From positions 64,001 to 128,000 of the IMG/VR virus record IMGVR_UViG_3300046786_000304: DNA of 64,000 nt, one strand, 5' to 3'. This document shows positions 28,752 to 38,269 of the stretch, one piece after another. The stretch comes from a virus (lineage: Duplodnaviria; Caudoviricetes). The position numbers were made by a program, and so were the translations under genes. Below the pieces are notes generated by a model. The model worked only from the letters and a program-made list of their open reading frames with translations, was not told the DNA's origin and did not search any database. Every line of letters starts with the position of its first letter. Positions within the stretch are counted from its first letter, which is position 1.

Positions 28752-31700
28752 CGACCGATCCTAATGTTGCTGTCAGTAATTTCTGAAATAACTATGATAT
28801 CATTTACCGTTGCTACGCTGGTAACAACTTCATTTCTGTCTGGTTGAATTTGGAATAAAGTACCAAATTTGCTGTCTTGACTTAATGGAACAATAACCAC
28901 ACTACTTAAATCTGTGCTTAAACTTGTGTGTATGTATGCTGCCAATTCAGTGAAGTAAAAAATTTCGCCGAAGTTAAAATTACCTGGTGTAAAAAATTTA
29001 TCGACAGCGGCAATTACTTTGCTTTTTATTTCGCTGTCTGTTAATTTACTTTTTACATTCTTAACTACTTTGAATTGTGCTTGGAATTCTTTGTCTGCTA
29101 AGTTACCAAACAATGGTTTAAATTTAACAGGATGGAATATTAATTCATCTGTCATCATTTTATAACTTAGTAATCCAGCAAAACTACTTCTTAGTTCTTC
29201 TGTTGTTTGTGGCAAAGGTGCAGTAATGCTGGTATTTCCGCTTTTCTTCCAACTAGTGTAATCATCGTTGTAGCTTTTCGTTAAAACATACGCATCGATA
29301 ATATTAGTCAAGCTTGGATTCAATGATTGATCTATGTCAACTACGTGTTCCCACTTAAAGGATAATGTATTTGTCCCTGGTACTGTTTTAACACCGTCTG
29401 CTACGTCGCCTGAAAGAGGAACCAAGTATGTGAAATCACCTTCGTCGTATTCAACTAAAGTTAAACTATCATTGCCTACAGTAGAAATAAAATGTTCAGG
29501 ATCGTCTGGCAAGAAATCATTGTCCAAGTCTAATGGTGTAACTTTAACTTTACTATTGTCAGTATATCCATCGTCATAGACATAATATCCGCTGATCTTA
29601 TAAGCCTTAGACTCTTGTATTTTATTGTTTGTACCTAAGGTTAATAAACTGATAGTATCTTTGCTCATTGAAGAGAAGCTTGGATTAAATGTAGGACTCC
29701 AATTGATGTTATAGAATCTAATAAGTTCGTCACTGCCAAAGATATAATCAAGTTGACGAATAGTAATCTTCCAGCCAGCGCCATCTCTTATACAGGCTAT
29801 TAACCATTCATTGTTATCGCCGGTTCTGTTCCATGTTGATTCGATATTAACTAAGTTATTAATTATAGTCCATCGTGGTGTTAAGTTATCAAATTTTAAT
29901 GCAAAGCTTTCTTTGGCATTTAACTTGGCAATAATTGCCGCTCTTGTTAAATCATCAAACACGCGAGTAAATGGAGGTAAAATTTCCTTAATTAAATCAG
30001 TCGATGTAATAGACTTACTAAGTTCAACAGTACCCATACCATTAACTAGCAAACCTGTATAAACATAATCAATGTCTTCAATGCCTAATCCATCGCCTTT
30101 AACGTCATACACGTTGGCCCAACGTGAAGTGCCTTCCGGTGTTTGTAATCTTAATATTGATCCAGGACGCAAAGAACGCAGTTCTCCGCCTGTTGTAAAT
30201 CCTAATTTTACTGGAGCTTTGTTGCCATTGGATTCGGAAATATAACCATTGCTACTATTGGCATCATTGTATGCCAGTCTCCAACGATAGTCTAAAACTT
30301 TATAAACTCTAGATCCAGCAGTATGACTTGCGGATGCAGTCCCTTGTGTGGCACGTTGAACTCCAATAAATGTTGTGCTATTCTGCATGCCAGTGTACGT
30401 AAACAATTCATCGCCGATCATTAACATGCCACCGTCGATGTCAAAATTATCATAAGGATCATCTGTGTTTGTATGATCAACTACTAATGAATTAAAAACA
30501 TCATTGACACCAATCGCATTGGTTAACGTAGTGTAATAAATTGTTTTTCCTAGTGTAACTGTTGGAAAATAATTTAACGCATTATTTCCAGTGACTCCTT
30601 GTAGATTTAATTTACCATAGTAAAAGTTTAACAAGCCAACATTACTTAATTTGCTTTCAATGTATTCGTCTAATAAGTCCACAGTTCGGCGAGTGCTGTC
30701 ATCTGGAACAAATGCATTTTTAACAGATTCTTCTTTGTATAGATAGCCGTCATCGGCAAATTCCATCAATGGGCGATTCTTGCCTGTTGGATCTTTCAAG
30801 TCAACATATCTGCTATGTCCACTGAATGTTCTATTTTCCGCTTTAAGCACTAATACGTCGTTGTTTAATGTAGGTAAAAATCCGTTGTAGTCATCGGCAG
30901 TAACCATTCTATTTTTACTATAGAATGCTTCTGGTGCGTTGCGTTTAATTTCATCTATAGATTCTGCAGGCAAGCCTGTAACCATGTTGTCCTGCAACTC
31001 CATTGTCAGTGACAATGTCTGTGTTTGGTTGTCTGCGTTACGATAGCTAATATCAAAAGTAACACCAGCGATTTCTCCTGACTTGACTCTGATGAAATTA
31101 TTTTCTGCTGTTCTATACCATACACGAATATTACCAGTAGGAACATTAGTAAACGTACCGTCACCAAATTTAATACTTGTTACGTCATTGTCTGTGTATA
31201 ATACTTCATATATGTCTTTGTTCGCTGAACCATATTCGTTGACAACAATGTTACTAAAGTCCAAGTTACTAACTCGTGTCCATGTTTTAATTACAGATCC
31301 GTTGTCGTCAATTGTTTGTACATAAAAATCTTCTTCACTGATATTATTAGTCAAAGGAATATCAATAACAGCGTTGGCAACTGGACTTGTTATAGGCTCT
31401 ATGGTATTAGAAATATAGCCTTGTTTGGCTAAAAAGAAGAAACCAGTTTTTGTACTGCCAACACCTTTGCCATCATTACGATACATTACACTAAATGAAT
31501 TGTTATAATCTGGTTCGACTTGAGAAATAATACCCGCTGTGTTAATATCAACTGGCACTAAATCAAAGTTTAAATTATAACCATCAACTGTAGCACGAAT
31601 AGGCAAATTAACAATAGCGTTTGTATTATTAAAATTATATATTTCGTATAATGTATTGTTTGTGCTGTTGGTTGTTCGTTTAACTGGATTACCAAATTTA

Positions 31701-32203
31701 TTGTTGTCATTGAAAGCGGCGTTCATGACTCTAATGAAACGTTCATATTCTAATTCGCTGGGATCACTGCCCCACTGTATAGTTTTATTAGATAAGTTTA
31801 CACCTGTGCTGTCAATGATTTGGTCGCTACTAACTGCACTTACTACTTTTAAAAATCCTTGGGCAGGGCGAACACGCTTAGGTTTATAAGACAGCATACG
31901 TGCGATGCGTAATACGCTTTCACGCTTTTCTGCTGTGTCCAGAATGTTTTCTCTGGCATTCAAATCCATACGGAACGCTAGATTTTGTCCTACATAAGCT
32001 ACTAAGTCTAATAAGGCAATGAATTCACTGTTTTGAATATAGTCATTGTATTCTTCAGGATAGTTAGTCTGCATGTAAATAACCATGCTTTGACGCAATG
32101 TGTCAAAATCATAGCTAATAAATTCAGCGTTTTTAAAACTAGAGTAAACTATACTCCAATCTTCCGCTCCATATAAGTTTTCTTGTCTGATTGCTTTTGG
32201 CAT
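28748..32203 (-). CDS. gp6: Baseplate wedge subunit, T4 gp6-like
   Basis: DFDTLR..LDLVAYV..ARENILDTAEKRESVLRIARMLSYKPK; ESIDEIKRNAP..RMVTADDY. Confidence 0.85.
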   Translation of the reverse strand: MPKAIRQENLYGAEDWSIVYSSFKNAEFISYDFDTLRQSMVIYMQTNYPEEYNDYIQNSEFIALLDLVAYVGQNLAFRMDLNARENILDTAEKRESVLRIARMLSYKPKRVRPAQGFLKVVSAVSSDQIIDSTGVNLSNKTIQWGSDPSELEYERFIRVMNAAFNDNNKFGNPVKRTTNSTNNTLYEIYNFNNTNAIVNLPIRATVDGYNLNFDLVPVDINTAGIISQVEPDYNNSFSVMYRNDGKGVGSTKTGFFFLAKQGYISNTIEPITSPVANAVIDIPLTNNISEEDFYVQTIDDNGSVIKTWTRVSNLDFSNIVVNEYGSANKDIYEVLYTDNDVTSIKFGDGTFTNVPTGNIRVWYRTAENNFIRVKSGEIAGVTFDISYRNADNQTQTLSLTMELQDNMVTGLPAESIDEIKRNAPEAFYSKNRMVTADDYNGFLPTLNNDVLVLKAENRTFSGHSRYVDLKDPTGKNRPLMEFADDGYLYKEESVKNAFVPDDSTRRTVDLLDEYIESKLSNVGLLNFYYGKLNLQGVTGNNALNYFPTVTLGKTIYYTTLTNAIGVNDVFNSLVVDHTNTDDPYDNFDIDGGMLMIGDELFTYTGMQNSTTFIGVQRATQGTASASHTAGSRVYKVLDYRWRLAYNDANSSNGYISESNGNKAPVKLGFTTGGELRSLRPGSILRLQTPEGTSRWANVYDVKGDGLGIEDIDYVYTGLLVNGMGTVELSKSITSTDLIKEILPPFTRVFDDLTRAAIIAKLNAKESFALKFDNLTPRWTIINNLVNIESTWNRTGDNNEWLIACIRDGAGWKITIRQLDYIFGSDELIRFYNINWSPTFNPSFSSMSKDTISLLTLGTNNKIQESKAYKISGYYVYDDGYTDNSKVKVTPLDLDNDFLPDDPEHFISTVGNDSLTLVEYDEGDFTYLVPLSGDVADGVKTVPGTNTLSFKWEHVVDIDQSLNPSLTNIIDAYVLTKSYNDDYTSWKKSGNTSITAPLPQTTEELRSSFAGLLSYKMMTDELIFHPVKFKPLFGNLADKEFQAQFKVVKNVKSKLTDSEIKSKVIAAVDKFFTPGNFNFGEIFYFTELAAYIHTSLSTDLSSVVIVPLSQDSKFGTLFQIQPDRNEVVTSVATVNDIIVISEITDSNIRIGR

Positions 32204-32208
32204 CGCTG

Positions 32209-32595
32209 TTATCCTTGTGTTCTGCTTAATGCTGTGTCTCGACTAAATGTAGCAATAAGCTCAGTCAATGTTGCTGTGGGCACATAGTTTAATACAATCG
32301 CTACTGTGATAATCTGGGAATCGATGTCTTCTCTAACATCTAATTGTCTTAATTCTAGTCTAGGATCTTTAGTCAATATTCTTTCCATGTCTTCGGTAAT
32401 CAATTCAATCATTTGTTCTGATATAGGATCAAACAACAAATCCCATACTATACTACCAAAATCTGGACTCATGATTCGTTCACCTTTGCGAGTGTATAAC
32501 TCGTTCAAAAGGTCCTGTTTGGCAAGTTCAATGTCATATAACTTGAAGTTGCCCCACTGTTTGTTTACTGTACTAAAGCCTTTAAATTTACGCAT
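32209..32595 (-). CDS. gp25: Baseplate wedge protein, gp25/GPW-like
   Basis: FKGFST..YDIELAKQDLLNEL.TRKGERIMSPDFGS..LLFDP..DPR. Confidence 0.85.
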   Translation of the reverse strand: MRKFKGFSTVNKQWGNFKLYDIELAKQDLLNELYTRKGERIMSPDFGSIVWDLLFDPISEQMIELITEDMERILTKDPRLELRQLDVREDIDSQIITVAIVLNYVPTATLTELIATFSRDTALSRTQG

Positions 32596-32600
32596 ACTCA

Positions 32601-32608
32601 TATTTATT
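32601..32608 (-). promoter_or_regulatory. Late promoter-like AATAAATA, 5 nt before ATG (leaderless geometry)
   Basis: Box followed by N5 and the ATG at 32595. Confidence 0.6.
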
Positions 32609-32644
32609 ATAAAATAATATAAGTAGTTAACGATAGGACACACT

Positions 32645-32863
32645 ATGAACAAAAATGATTGGCAAGCAAAAAATATTCCAGATACTGTTAATATCATCTG
32701 CGAAAACAACAACAAAGCAATGACTGCCAATGTCATTGACATGAATGATAGACTGTTAATCGCGGCTATACAAGGCGTTAAGATTACATTGATTAGTCAG
32801 CACGAAAACGGCATATATGCCGGTAAAATGGGCGGCTTAGATTTAATTTACAAGTCAAAATAA
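32645..32863 (+). CDS. Hypothetical protein
   Basis: 72-aa ORF with AGGA upstream, ending at a terminator. Confidence 0.6.
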   Translation: MNKNDWQAKNIPDTVNIICENNNKAMTANVIDMNDRLLIAAIQGVKITLISQHENGIYAGKMGGLDLIYKSK

Positions 32864-32884
32864 AAGGGGCAAGGCCCCTTTTAT
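32860..32884. terminator. Bidirectional intrinsic terminator
   Basis: ATAAAAGGGGC-AAG-GCCCCTTTTAT perfect inverted repeat between convergent genes. Confidence 0.85.
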
Positions 32885-33426
32885 TCGTTTACTGCCCTAG
32901 GCTTATCGTCATCGTAGCCTAAATACTCTCCCCATGCTGGATCTCTCATTGAATAAGGAATAATATTTTTGGCAGCTTTGACCATCTGCCAATAGTTAGG
33001 TTCTTTTGGCACAGTCAGTGGTTCAATTACTTTAGCACCTTTCAGCCAGTTACATGTACCACAGCAAGTAACTAAGTTACTCCAACTACTGCCGCCGCCA
33101 CGACTTTTTGGTTTTACGTGATCCAGTGTCAAGTCTTTGGCTTGGAACTGTTCTCCGCAGTATTGGCAAGTATAGTTGTCGCGCAGATAAACCATTTTAC
33201 GGTTAAACAATACTTTTTGTCGTGGGCGAACATAGCGTTTAGTCATAACGATGCTGGGAACTTTTAATTCCATTCGTTGACTTCGTACTGTCCAATCGTC
33301 ATATTCTTTAATCACCATAACTTTGTTCAAGTAAAGTAATTTGACTGCCAATTGCCAATCAATCACACTGGGAGGTAGCATACTCAGCGGCATACCGTCG
33401 TGGTTTAAAACTAATGTATCACTCAT
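32881..33426 (-). CDS. HNH endonuclease
   Basis: RDNYTCQYCG..LTLDHVKPKSRGG..WSNLVTCCGTCNWLKG. Confidence 0.92.
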   Translation of the reverse strand: MSDTLVLNHDGMPLSMLPPSVIDWQLAVKLLYLNKVMVIKEYDDWTVRSQRMELKVPSIVMTKRYVRPRQKVLFNRKMVYLRDNYTCQYCGEQFQAKDLTLDHVKPKSRGGGSSWSNLVTCCGTCNWLKGAKVIEPLTVPKEPNYWQMVKAAKNIIPYSMRDPAWGEYLGYDDDKPRAVNE

Positions 33427-33460
33427 AACTAAAATGGTATTTATTTTGGGTACAGCGGCA

Positions 33461-33488
33461 TTGACGCCATTGAAAATAATTATACAAT
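33461..33488 (+). promoter_or_regulatory. Sigma70-like promoter
   Basis: TTGACG-N16-TACAAT upstream of AAGGAG and the ATG at 33536. Confidence 0.5.
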
Positions 33489-33535
33489 ATTAAATACATT
33501 GTGTCAACACACATTCTGTAAGAAAGGAGCTAAAA

Positions 33536-33745
33536 ATGGATATAGATTCTATCGAGCACCATATACGCACTCTGGATAACCAACATACTAACATAGCAAG
33601 AAAATTGGATGCTATGCTTGCCCAAAAAAGTTGGAACGAATACGAAGTAGAAGACCTTAAAAAGCAGAAACTTAAACTAAAAGACGAACTATCAATTATG
33701 TATCGAAAACGATACGACTTAATGCATGAACATGATTACGACTAA
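33536..33745 (+). CDS. Small coiled-coil protein, DUF465/YdcH-like
   Basis: L..H..LD..L..LKKQKLKLKDEL; strong AAGGAG ribosome-binding site. Confidence 0.65.
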   Translation: MDIDSIEHHIRTLDNQHTNIARKLDAMLAQKSWNEYEVEDLKKQKLKLKDELSIMYRKRYDLMHEHDYD

Positions 33746-34175
33746 CACTACACTAGCAAACTTAGATTATATTATTGAAACTTTAGAAAAACTATCCGCC
33801 GACTTACATAAAAATTCGGTGGATAGTTACCCTTACGATGTTTATAAAGAATATGATGCAAAAAATTTACAATGTTTAAAAGCTATAAATTATTTTTCTA
33901 ATTTAAGGGTTTTAAAAGAAATAGAAATTGGTTATACTGGACACGACTTTAATGTCGAGTATCAAACACGTAGATACAATCAATTAGAAAAATTTCATTT
34001 TATCAGCAATGACGATGATCGCAGTGATATCCATCGAGCCATGACTAGTTTACAAACTGAGTTGATTCAACACAAATATCGAAGAGAAACCAGTAAGCTA
34101 ATAATGTTTGATATCGACTTACCAGAGTCGATAGCAGATATAACTAAAAGTCTTGGTTTAATTAATAATCGTTAA
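33726..34175 (+). CDS. Hypothetical protein
   Basis: 149-aa ORF overlapping the previous gene. Confidence 0.55.
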   Translation: MNMITTNTTLANLDYIIETLEKLSADLHKNSVDSYPYDVYKEYDAKNLQCLKAINYFSNLRVLKEIEIGYTGHDFNVEYQTRRYNQLEKFHFISNDDDRSDIHRAMTSLQTELIQHKYRRETSKLIMFDIDLPESIADITKSLGLINNR

Positions 34176-34513
34176 ACTATTCGATGAGAACTTAAAACTT
34201 TACCTGAAGTATAATCAGAAACTTCTAATTCCAATGTATGATTGGCATTTTTAAAATAAGCTGATCTTTCATGTGACATGTTAGGTAATTTTTTTGAAAT
34301 ATTCTCTTCCATTGAAAACCATTGATCTACATCATTGAGAACAAAGGACATTGTATATGAATCGCCGTTATACTGATACTCTGGCATAATTCCCAATGAT
34401 TCACATATTCCTAGTACAATCCTTTTATATTCTATTAGCTTTGGGTCCGAGGATTCCCACCATAGCTCGACGTCACGATTGGGGCGGCTTCCTTTAAAAC
34501 TAAATTTTATCAT
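34172..34513 (-). CDS. Hypothetical protein
   Basis: 113-aa ORF with GGAG ribosome-binding site. Confidence 0.55.
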   Translation of the reverse strand: MIKFSFKGSRPNRDVELWWESSDPKLIEYKRIVLGICESLGIMPEYQYNGDSYTMSFVLNDVDQWFSMEENISKKLPNMSHERSAYFKNANHTLELEVSDYTSGKVLSSHRIV

Positions 34514-34568
34514 TGTAATCTCCGGTATGTGGTACTAAATATTTTGAATATTTATTAAGGTACATCAA

Positions 34569-35192
34569 ATGTATACAACAAAATTAATCTCTGTGGAAGA
34601 TTTGCATTTAGTAGAAGCTGTAATGCGTAGTAATCCACGTGGACCCGAAAGGGCCAATGGAGATTTAATGTCGGACGCTGAAATAAAAGGTACCGTCGCT
34701 CATTATGAACAAAAAATAAAAGAAGGCGTTATCAAAATTGTATTGCTTCTTGAAGATGATAAGCCAATGGCATTTTATAGTGCTTACATCTTACAGTCAG
34801 TGGGCGGATGGGTTATTCATGGCCCCAGAGTAGCCGAGGTAAATAACTCGTATATTACTACTGCTAAAATGTGTGCTCCGGCATTAGATGCGCTATTAGA
34901 GCACATGGAAAGTTTAATGTACTTTAAATTTTGGCAGGTTGATGCAAGGAATAGACACATCCATCGACGAAACTTAATGGAAAAATATTCCAAGAATCAG
35001 GGTCGTTATGACTACTATAACGAAATTCTTATTCCAGGCGGCAACAAAACCGGTATTGTTGTATTTGATAATTTTGCGGCACAATATGTTGGTACATCAG
35101 ATAGGATGATACGAATGTTTGTGTTAAAACAAGAATATCGCGATCCGTTGATAGAAAATTACTACGAAAGAAACAAAAATGAAACTATTTAA
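34569..35192 (+). CDS. Hypothetical protein, possible GNAT-fold acyltransferase
   Basis: Alternating alpha/beta pattern (IVLLLEDDKPMAFYSAY). Fold guess only; coupled to the desaturase gene. Confidence 0.35.
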   Translation: MYTTKLISVEDLHLVEAVMRSNPRGPERANGDLMSDAEIKGTVAHYEQKIKEGVIKIVLLLEDDKPMAFYSAYILQSVGGWVIHGPRVAEVNNSYITTAKMCAPALDALLEHMESLMYFKFWQVDARNRHIHRRNLMEKYSKNQGRYDYYNEILIPGGNKTGIVVFDNFAAQYVGTSDRMIRMFVLKQEYRDPLIENYYERNKNETI

Positions 35193-35976
35193 ATTTTGGG
35201 AAGGTATTGGCGAGAATATTAAACGAGTTTATATTCCTGCCCATATACTTACTATCATAGGTATAATAACATTGTTCAATGGATCAACAGAATTAAGCTG
35301 GCTTTGGCTAGTTTATCCGGCTTGGTTCTTATTTGGACACATTGGATTTGGTATTTTTATTCACAAATACTATTGCCACAGAAGCTTTGAGACATATCCA
35401 TGGATCGCAAGAATCGGTTGCTTTTTAGGAATGATGGTTGGTACTGGTAGTCCTATTATGTTGCGTGTCATGCACATCGGTTATCATCATCCAAACAGCG
35501 ACACTGATTTAGATCCACATTCTCCTAACAGAGGCTTTTGGTGGAGTTATTTCTTGTGGTTGAATCACAAATGGAATTTTAAGAAGATGTGGCTGGCCAA
35601 AGATTTAGTACAAGATCCATGGATGAGAGTATTCCACAGACATTATTATAAAATATACTGGGGCGTGTTCTTGTTGCTTTGTTTAGTTGATTGGAGACTA
35701 GCTGTGTTTACTATCAGTACCGCAACTGTTATTGAATTTCACTTGTCTGGAATTGTTAACTCTGTGGGACATACAAAACATTGGGGTAGCTATCAAAATT
35801 ATCCGGATGTAGACAGAAGTCAAAACATGCCATTGTTTAATTTATTAACATTGGGATTGGGCTTACATAATAACCATCATGGCCGACCAGGCGAATGGGA
35901 TTATGCACATAAACCAGGTGAGATTGATTTTGCAAAATGGTTTGTACCGCTAATTATGAAAAAGGAAACAAAATGA
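35179..35976 (+). CDS. Membrane-bound fatty acid desaturase (delta-9-like)
   Basis: Three His boxes HKYYCH, HIGYHH, HNNHH; DPHSP; hydrophobic segments. Confidence 0.92.
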   Translation: MKLFKFWEGIGENIKRVYIPAHILTIIGIITLFNGSTELSWLWLVYPAWFLFGHIGFGIFIHKYYCHRSFETYPWIARIGCFLGMMVGTGSPIMLRVMHIGYHHPNSDTDLDPHSPNRGFWWSYFLWLNHKWNFKKMWLAKDLVQDPWMRVFHRHYYKIYWGVFLLLCLVDWRLAVFTISTATVIEFHLSGIVNSVGHTKHWGSYQNYPDVDRSQNMPLFNLLTLGLGLHNNHHGRPGEWDYAHKPGEIDFAKWFVPLIMKKETK

Positions 35977-36215
35977 GCGTTGACGAGAGTAAAGTTAAAA
36001 AAATTATTGCTAGACAGTTTGGCATTGCTGTAGAAGCCGTGAAGAATGAAAGTTCATTCGTTAACGATCTAGGCGGAGATAGTTTAGATACTGTTGAGCT
36101 TCTACTAGAAATCGAAGATATTTTTGATATCGAGATTCCAGAAGATGTAGCAGAAAACCTAAGCACAGTTCAAGAAGCAATCGATTATTTGAACTCTGTA
36201 GTAGTAACCAATTAA
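35973..36215 (+). CDS. acpP: Acyl carrier protein
   Basis: [12 protein letters not shown] phosphopantetheine motif, [14 protein letters not shown]; ATGA overlap with the desaturase stop. Confidence 0.95.
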   Translation: MSVDESKVKKIIARQFGIAVEAVKNESSFVNDLGGDSLDTVELLLEIEDIFDIEIPEDVAENLSTVQEAIDYLNSVVVTN

Positions 36216-36216
36216 C

Positions 36217-36951
36217 TTATAACAAGTTAGCGTTTGCTAATGTTAAAGGATCTCCGGCGATTTTTAGATTAATGTTAATCGTCAATCTATCGTCGGGGCC
36301 TTCATTCCAAGCACTATGATACTTTCCAGTATCAAAGAAATACCAATTACCATCCGCAGGTATTTGGAATTTATCCCCATTTACTTCATACCACGCATTT
36401 TCGCCGCCTTTGACCGTGGCATGTAATCTTATTGTTCTATAATAAGGAAAATCTACGTGACTGCTAAGATAGCCTTTTCTTCTTAATTCTAATAGACTGG
36501 CTTTGGATACTTCTGATTTAAAAACTGAAAACACGTTCTTAAAGTAGTCATTGTATATACTTGTCGGAGAATTAAAATCATTTTCGTAGAGTTCTGGTAA
36601 TTGATTAGGCAAGTACAAATCATCAGAATATACTAGACCTACATTGACATCTCTTCTTACAAAGTGGTCGCTTAATGGATTTGTTGCGTTTTCTCTTGCG
36701 AAAAAACCTAAACCTCTATACCTATTGTACTTTTTACCTTCAGCGTTTCTATCAATGCTCTGTGCTTCATTGTTATCCAATAACAACTCAACTTGTTTTT
36801 GCATTTCGTTGATGTCAAAGCTATAGTACGACGGTAATTTAAAATAATTGTAATTTAATTTAGGTTGAACATTGTACCATTCATCCAATGGTTTACTATG
36901 CTTTATAGTGTCTATAGAATCGCCCCAGGGCGTATCAAAATTCGTTTTCAT
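36217..36951 (-). CDS. 2OG-Fe(II) oxygenase, aspartyl/asparaginyl beta-hydroxylase family
   Basis: LSSHVD (HxD), IRLH, FFDTGKYHSAWN..DRL. Confidence 0.8.
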   Translation of the reverse strand: MKTNFDTPWGDSIDTIKHSKPLDEWYNVQPKLNYNYFKLPSYYSFDINEMQKQVELLLDNNEAQSIDRNAEGKKYNRYRGLGFFARENATNPLSDHFVRRDVNVGLVYSDDLYLPNQLPELYENDFNSPTSIYNDYFKNVFSVFKSEVSKASLLELRRKGYLSSHVDFPYYRTIRLHATVKGGENAWYEVNGDKFQIPADGNWYFFDTGKYHSAWNEGPDDRLTININLKIAGDPLTLANANLL

Positions 36952-37834
36952 ATTTTTTAAGATGAATAAACCAAGGAGCTAATTTAAAGTCTTGTGTTAC
37001 TCGTCCACGTCTGGTATTTCCTTCTTCAGGAAGCACACTTCCGGGAGGACTCCAGTCTGTTATCTTAACCCAAGAAGAAGTATATTTTTTATTTTCTTCT
37101 ATAGGGAAAAATACTACATTTTTTTCTGTATAGCCATTAATAGTATTTTGTGTGCGGGCCCAGTTAGGGTCTACACCAACTTGTTCGCAGACTAAATCAA
37201 TCATTTCTTCTACTGTCCAGTTATCGGATTTTTCTAAAGAATAACGACCTATTTGTCCTACATTACGGAATCGCAATATTGCTTTGCCACCAAAACCATT
37301 TACTAACTCTAGTAAACGTTTAGGTACATTATCGTTTACGCCTTTTTGTAAAATTGCGCCGACGTTAACATTCATCTTAACACTTAAACATTCTTCCAGT
37401 GCTTTAACTTTACGTTCGGCCCAACTACCGCCGCCATCCATTATTTTATAAATTTCATTGTCGTCGGCGCCGTTCATGCTTAGATAAATGCTACGCATTC
37501 CAGCATCAACTAATTCTCTGGCATAACCAGGTCTTGCTAACATAAGACCATTGGTCATCATAGTAGGACGATGTCCTCGAATTTTGATGTTATGTACAAT
37601 GTCTACTAAGTCTGCGCGAACTGTGGGCTCACCACCAATTAATCTAACTTCCACTTTGTTAGGCAATTGATCAAGTAACTCATAAAATTTATTTGCGTCA
37701 GCATCAGGAGTTGTCCTTAATGGTGTATAACAATTGGCACATTCCATATTACACTTATGCGTGATATCAATGCCTATGCTATAAAAATGGTTGTCTTTGG
37801 GCTCTAGCTCGTAGTAGTTGTTTAAGTTTAACAT
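36935..37834 (-). CDS. Radical SAM protein (MoaA-like fold)
   Basis: DITHKCNMECANCY, LIGGEPT, TNG. Confidence 0.9.
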   Translation of the reverse strand: MLNLNNYYELEPKDNHFYSIGIDITHKCNMECANCYTPLRTTPDADANKFYELLDQLPNKVEVRLIGGEPTVRADLVDIVHNIKIRGHRPTMMTNGLMLARPGYARELVDAGMRSIYLSMNGADDNEIYKIMDGGGSWAERKVKALEECLSVKMNVNVGAILQKGVNDNVPKRLLELVNGFGGKAILRFRNVGQIGRYSLEKSDNWTVEEMIDLVCEQVGVDPNWARTQNTINGYTEKNVVFFPIEENKKYTSSWVKITDWSPPGSVLPEEGNTRRGRVTQDFKLAPWFIHLKKYENEF

Positions 37835-37839
37835 ATAAT

Positions 37840-37847
37840 TATTTATT
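37840..37847 (-). promoter_or_regulatory. Late promoter-like AATAAATA, 5 nt before ATG
   Basis: Box followed by N5 and the ATG at 37834. Confidence 0.6.
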
Positions 37848-37861
37848 GGCCTGCTTCTATA

Positions 37862-37890
37862 TAGACACAAATTGTATATTTTAGTATAAT
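37862..37890 (+). promoter_or_regulatory. Sigma70-like early promoter
   Basis: TAGACA-N17-TATAAT; AGGAG before the ATG at 37920. Confidence 0.7.
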
Positions 37891-37919
37891 ATTAACTTGT
37901 TCAACTAACAGGAGTTATT

Positions 37920-38213
37920 ATGAATGTAGCAAATTACATACGTAAGTACGCAAAAACGGGTTCCGGTAAATTAGTTATACTTAAAAAAGACAATATTAAT
38001 AGCACACACAAATGGGTAGAGTATGCGTTAGATATTGTAGATATGTCTTCTATGTTAATGCAAACTAGAGACTTAAAAGAAAAGTATGCGTTAATGGATG
38101 CCTTAGATGTAGCACAACGCAAAAAAGATTGGCATTATAAACAAAAAAACTTTCGTTTACAAGATGCTATGCGTATTTTTGAAGCGGCAAAGTTATTGCC
38201 AAAAAATAATTGA
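37920..38213 (+). CDS. Hypothetical protein
   Basis: 97-aa ORF with promoter and ribosome-binding site. Confidence 0.65.
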   Translation: MNVANYIRKYAKTGSGKLVILKKDNINSTHKWVEYALDIVDMSSMLMQTRDLKEKYALMDALDVAQRKKDWHYKQKNFRLQDAMRIFEAAKLLPKNN

Positions 38214-38238
38214 CACAAATTCTCTATGCTGTTATAAT
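38210..38238 (+). promoter_or_regulatory. Consensus sigma70 promoter with extended -10
   Basis: TTGACA-N17-TATAAT with TGn. Confidence 0.85.
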
Positions 38239-38269
38239 GATAGTATAGAGAATTTTTTATGGGACCACT

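Noticed and set aside
32881-33426. HNH protein as an RNA-guided IscB/Cas9-like nuclease
   Set aside because: Only 181 aa, with no RuvC motifs and no adjacent non-coding RNA space; an ordinary stand-alone HNH
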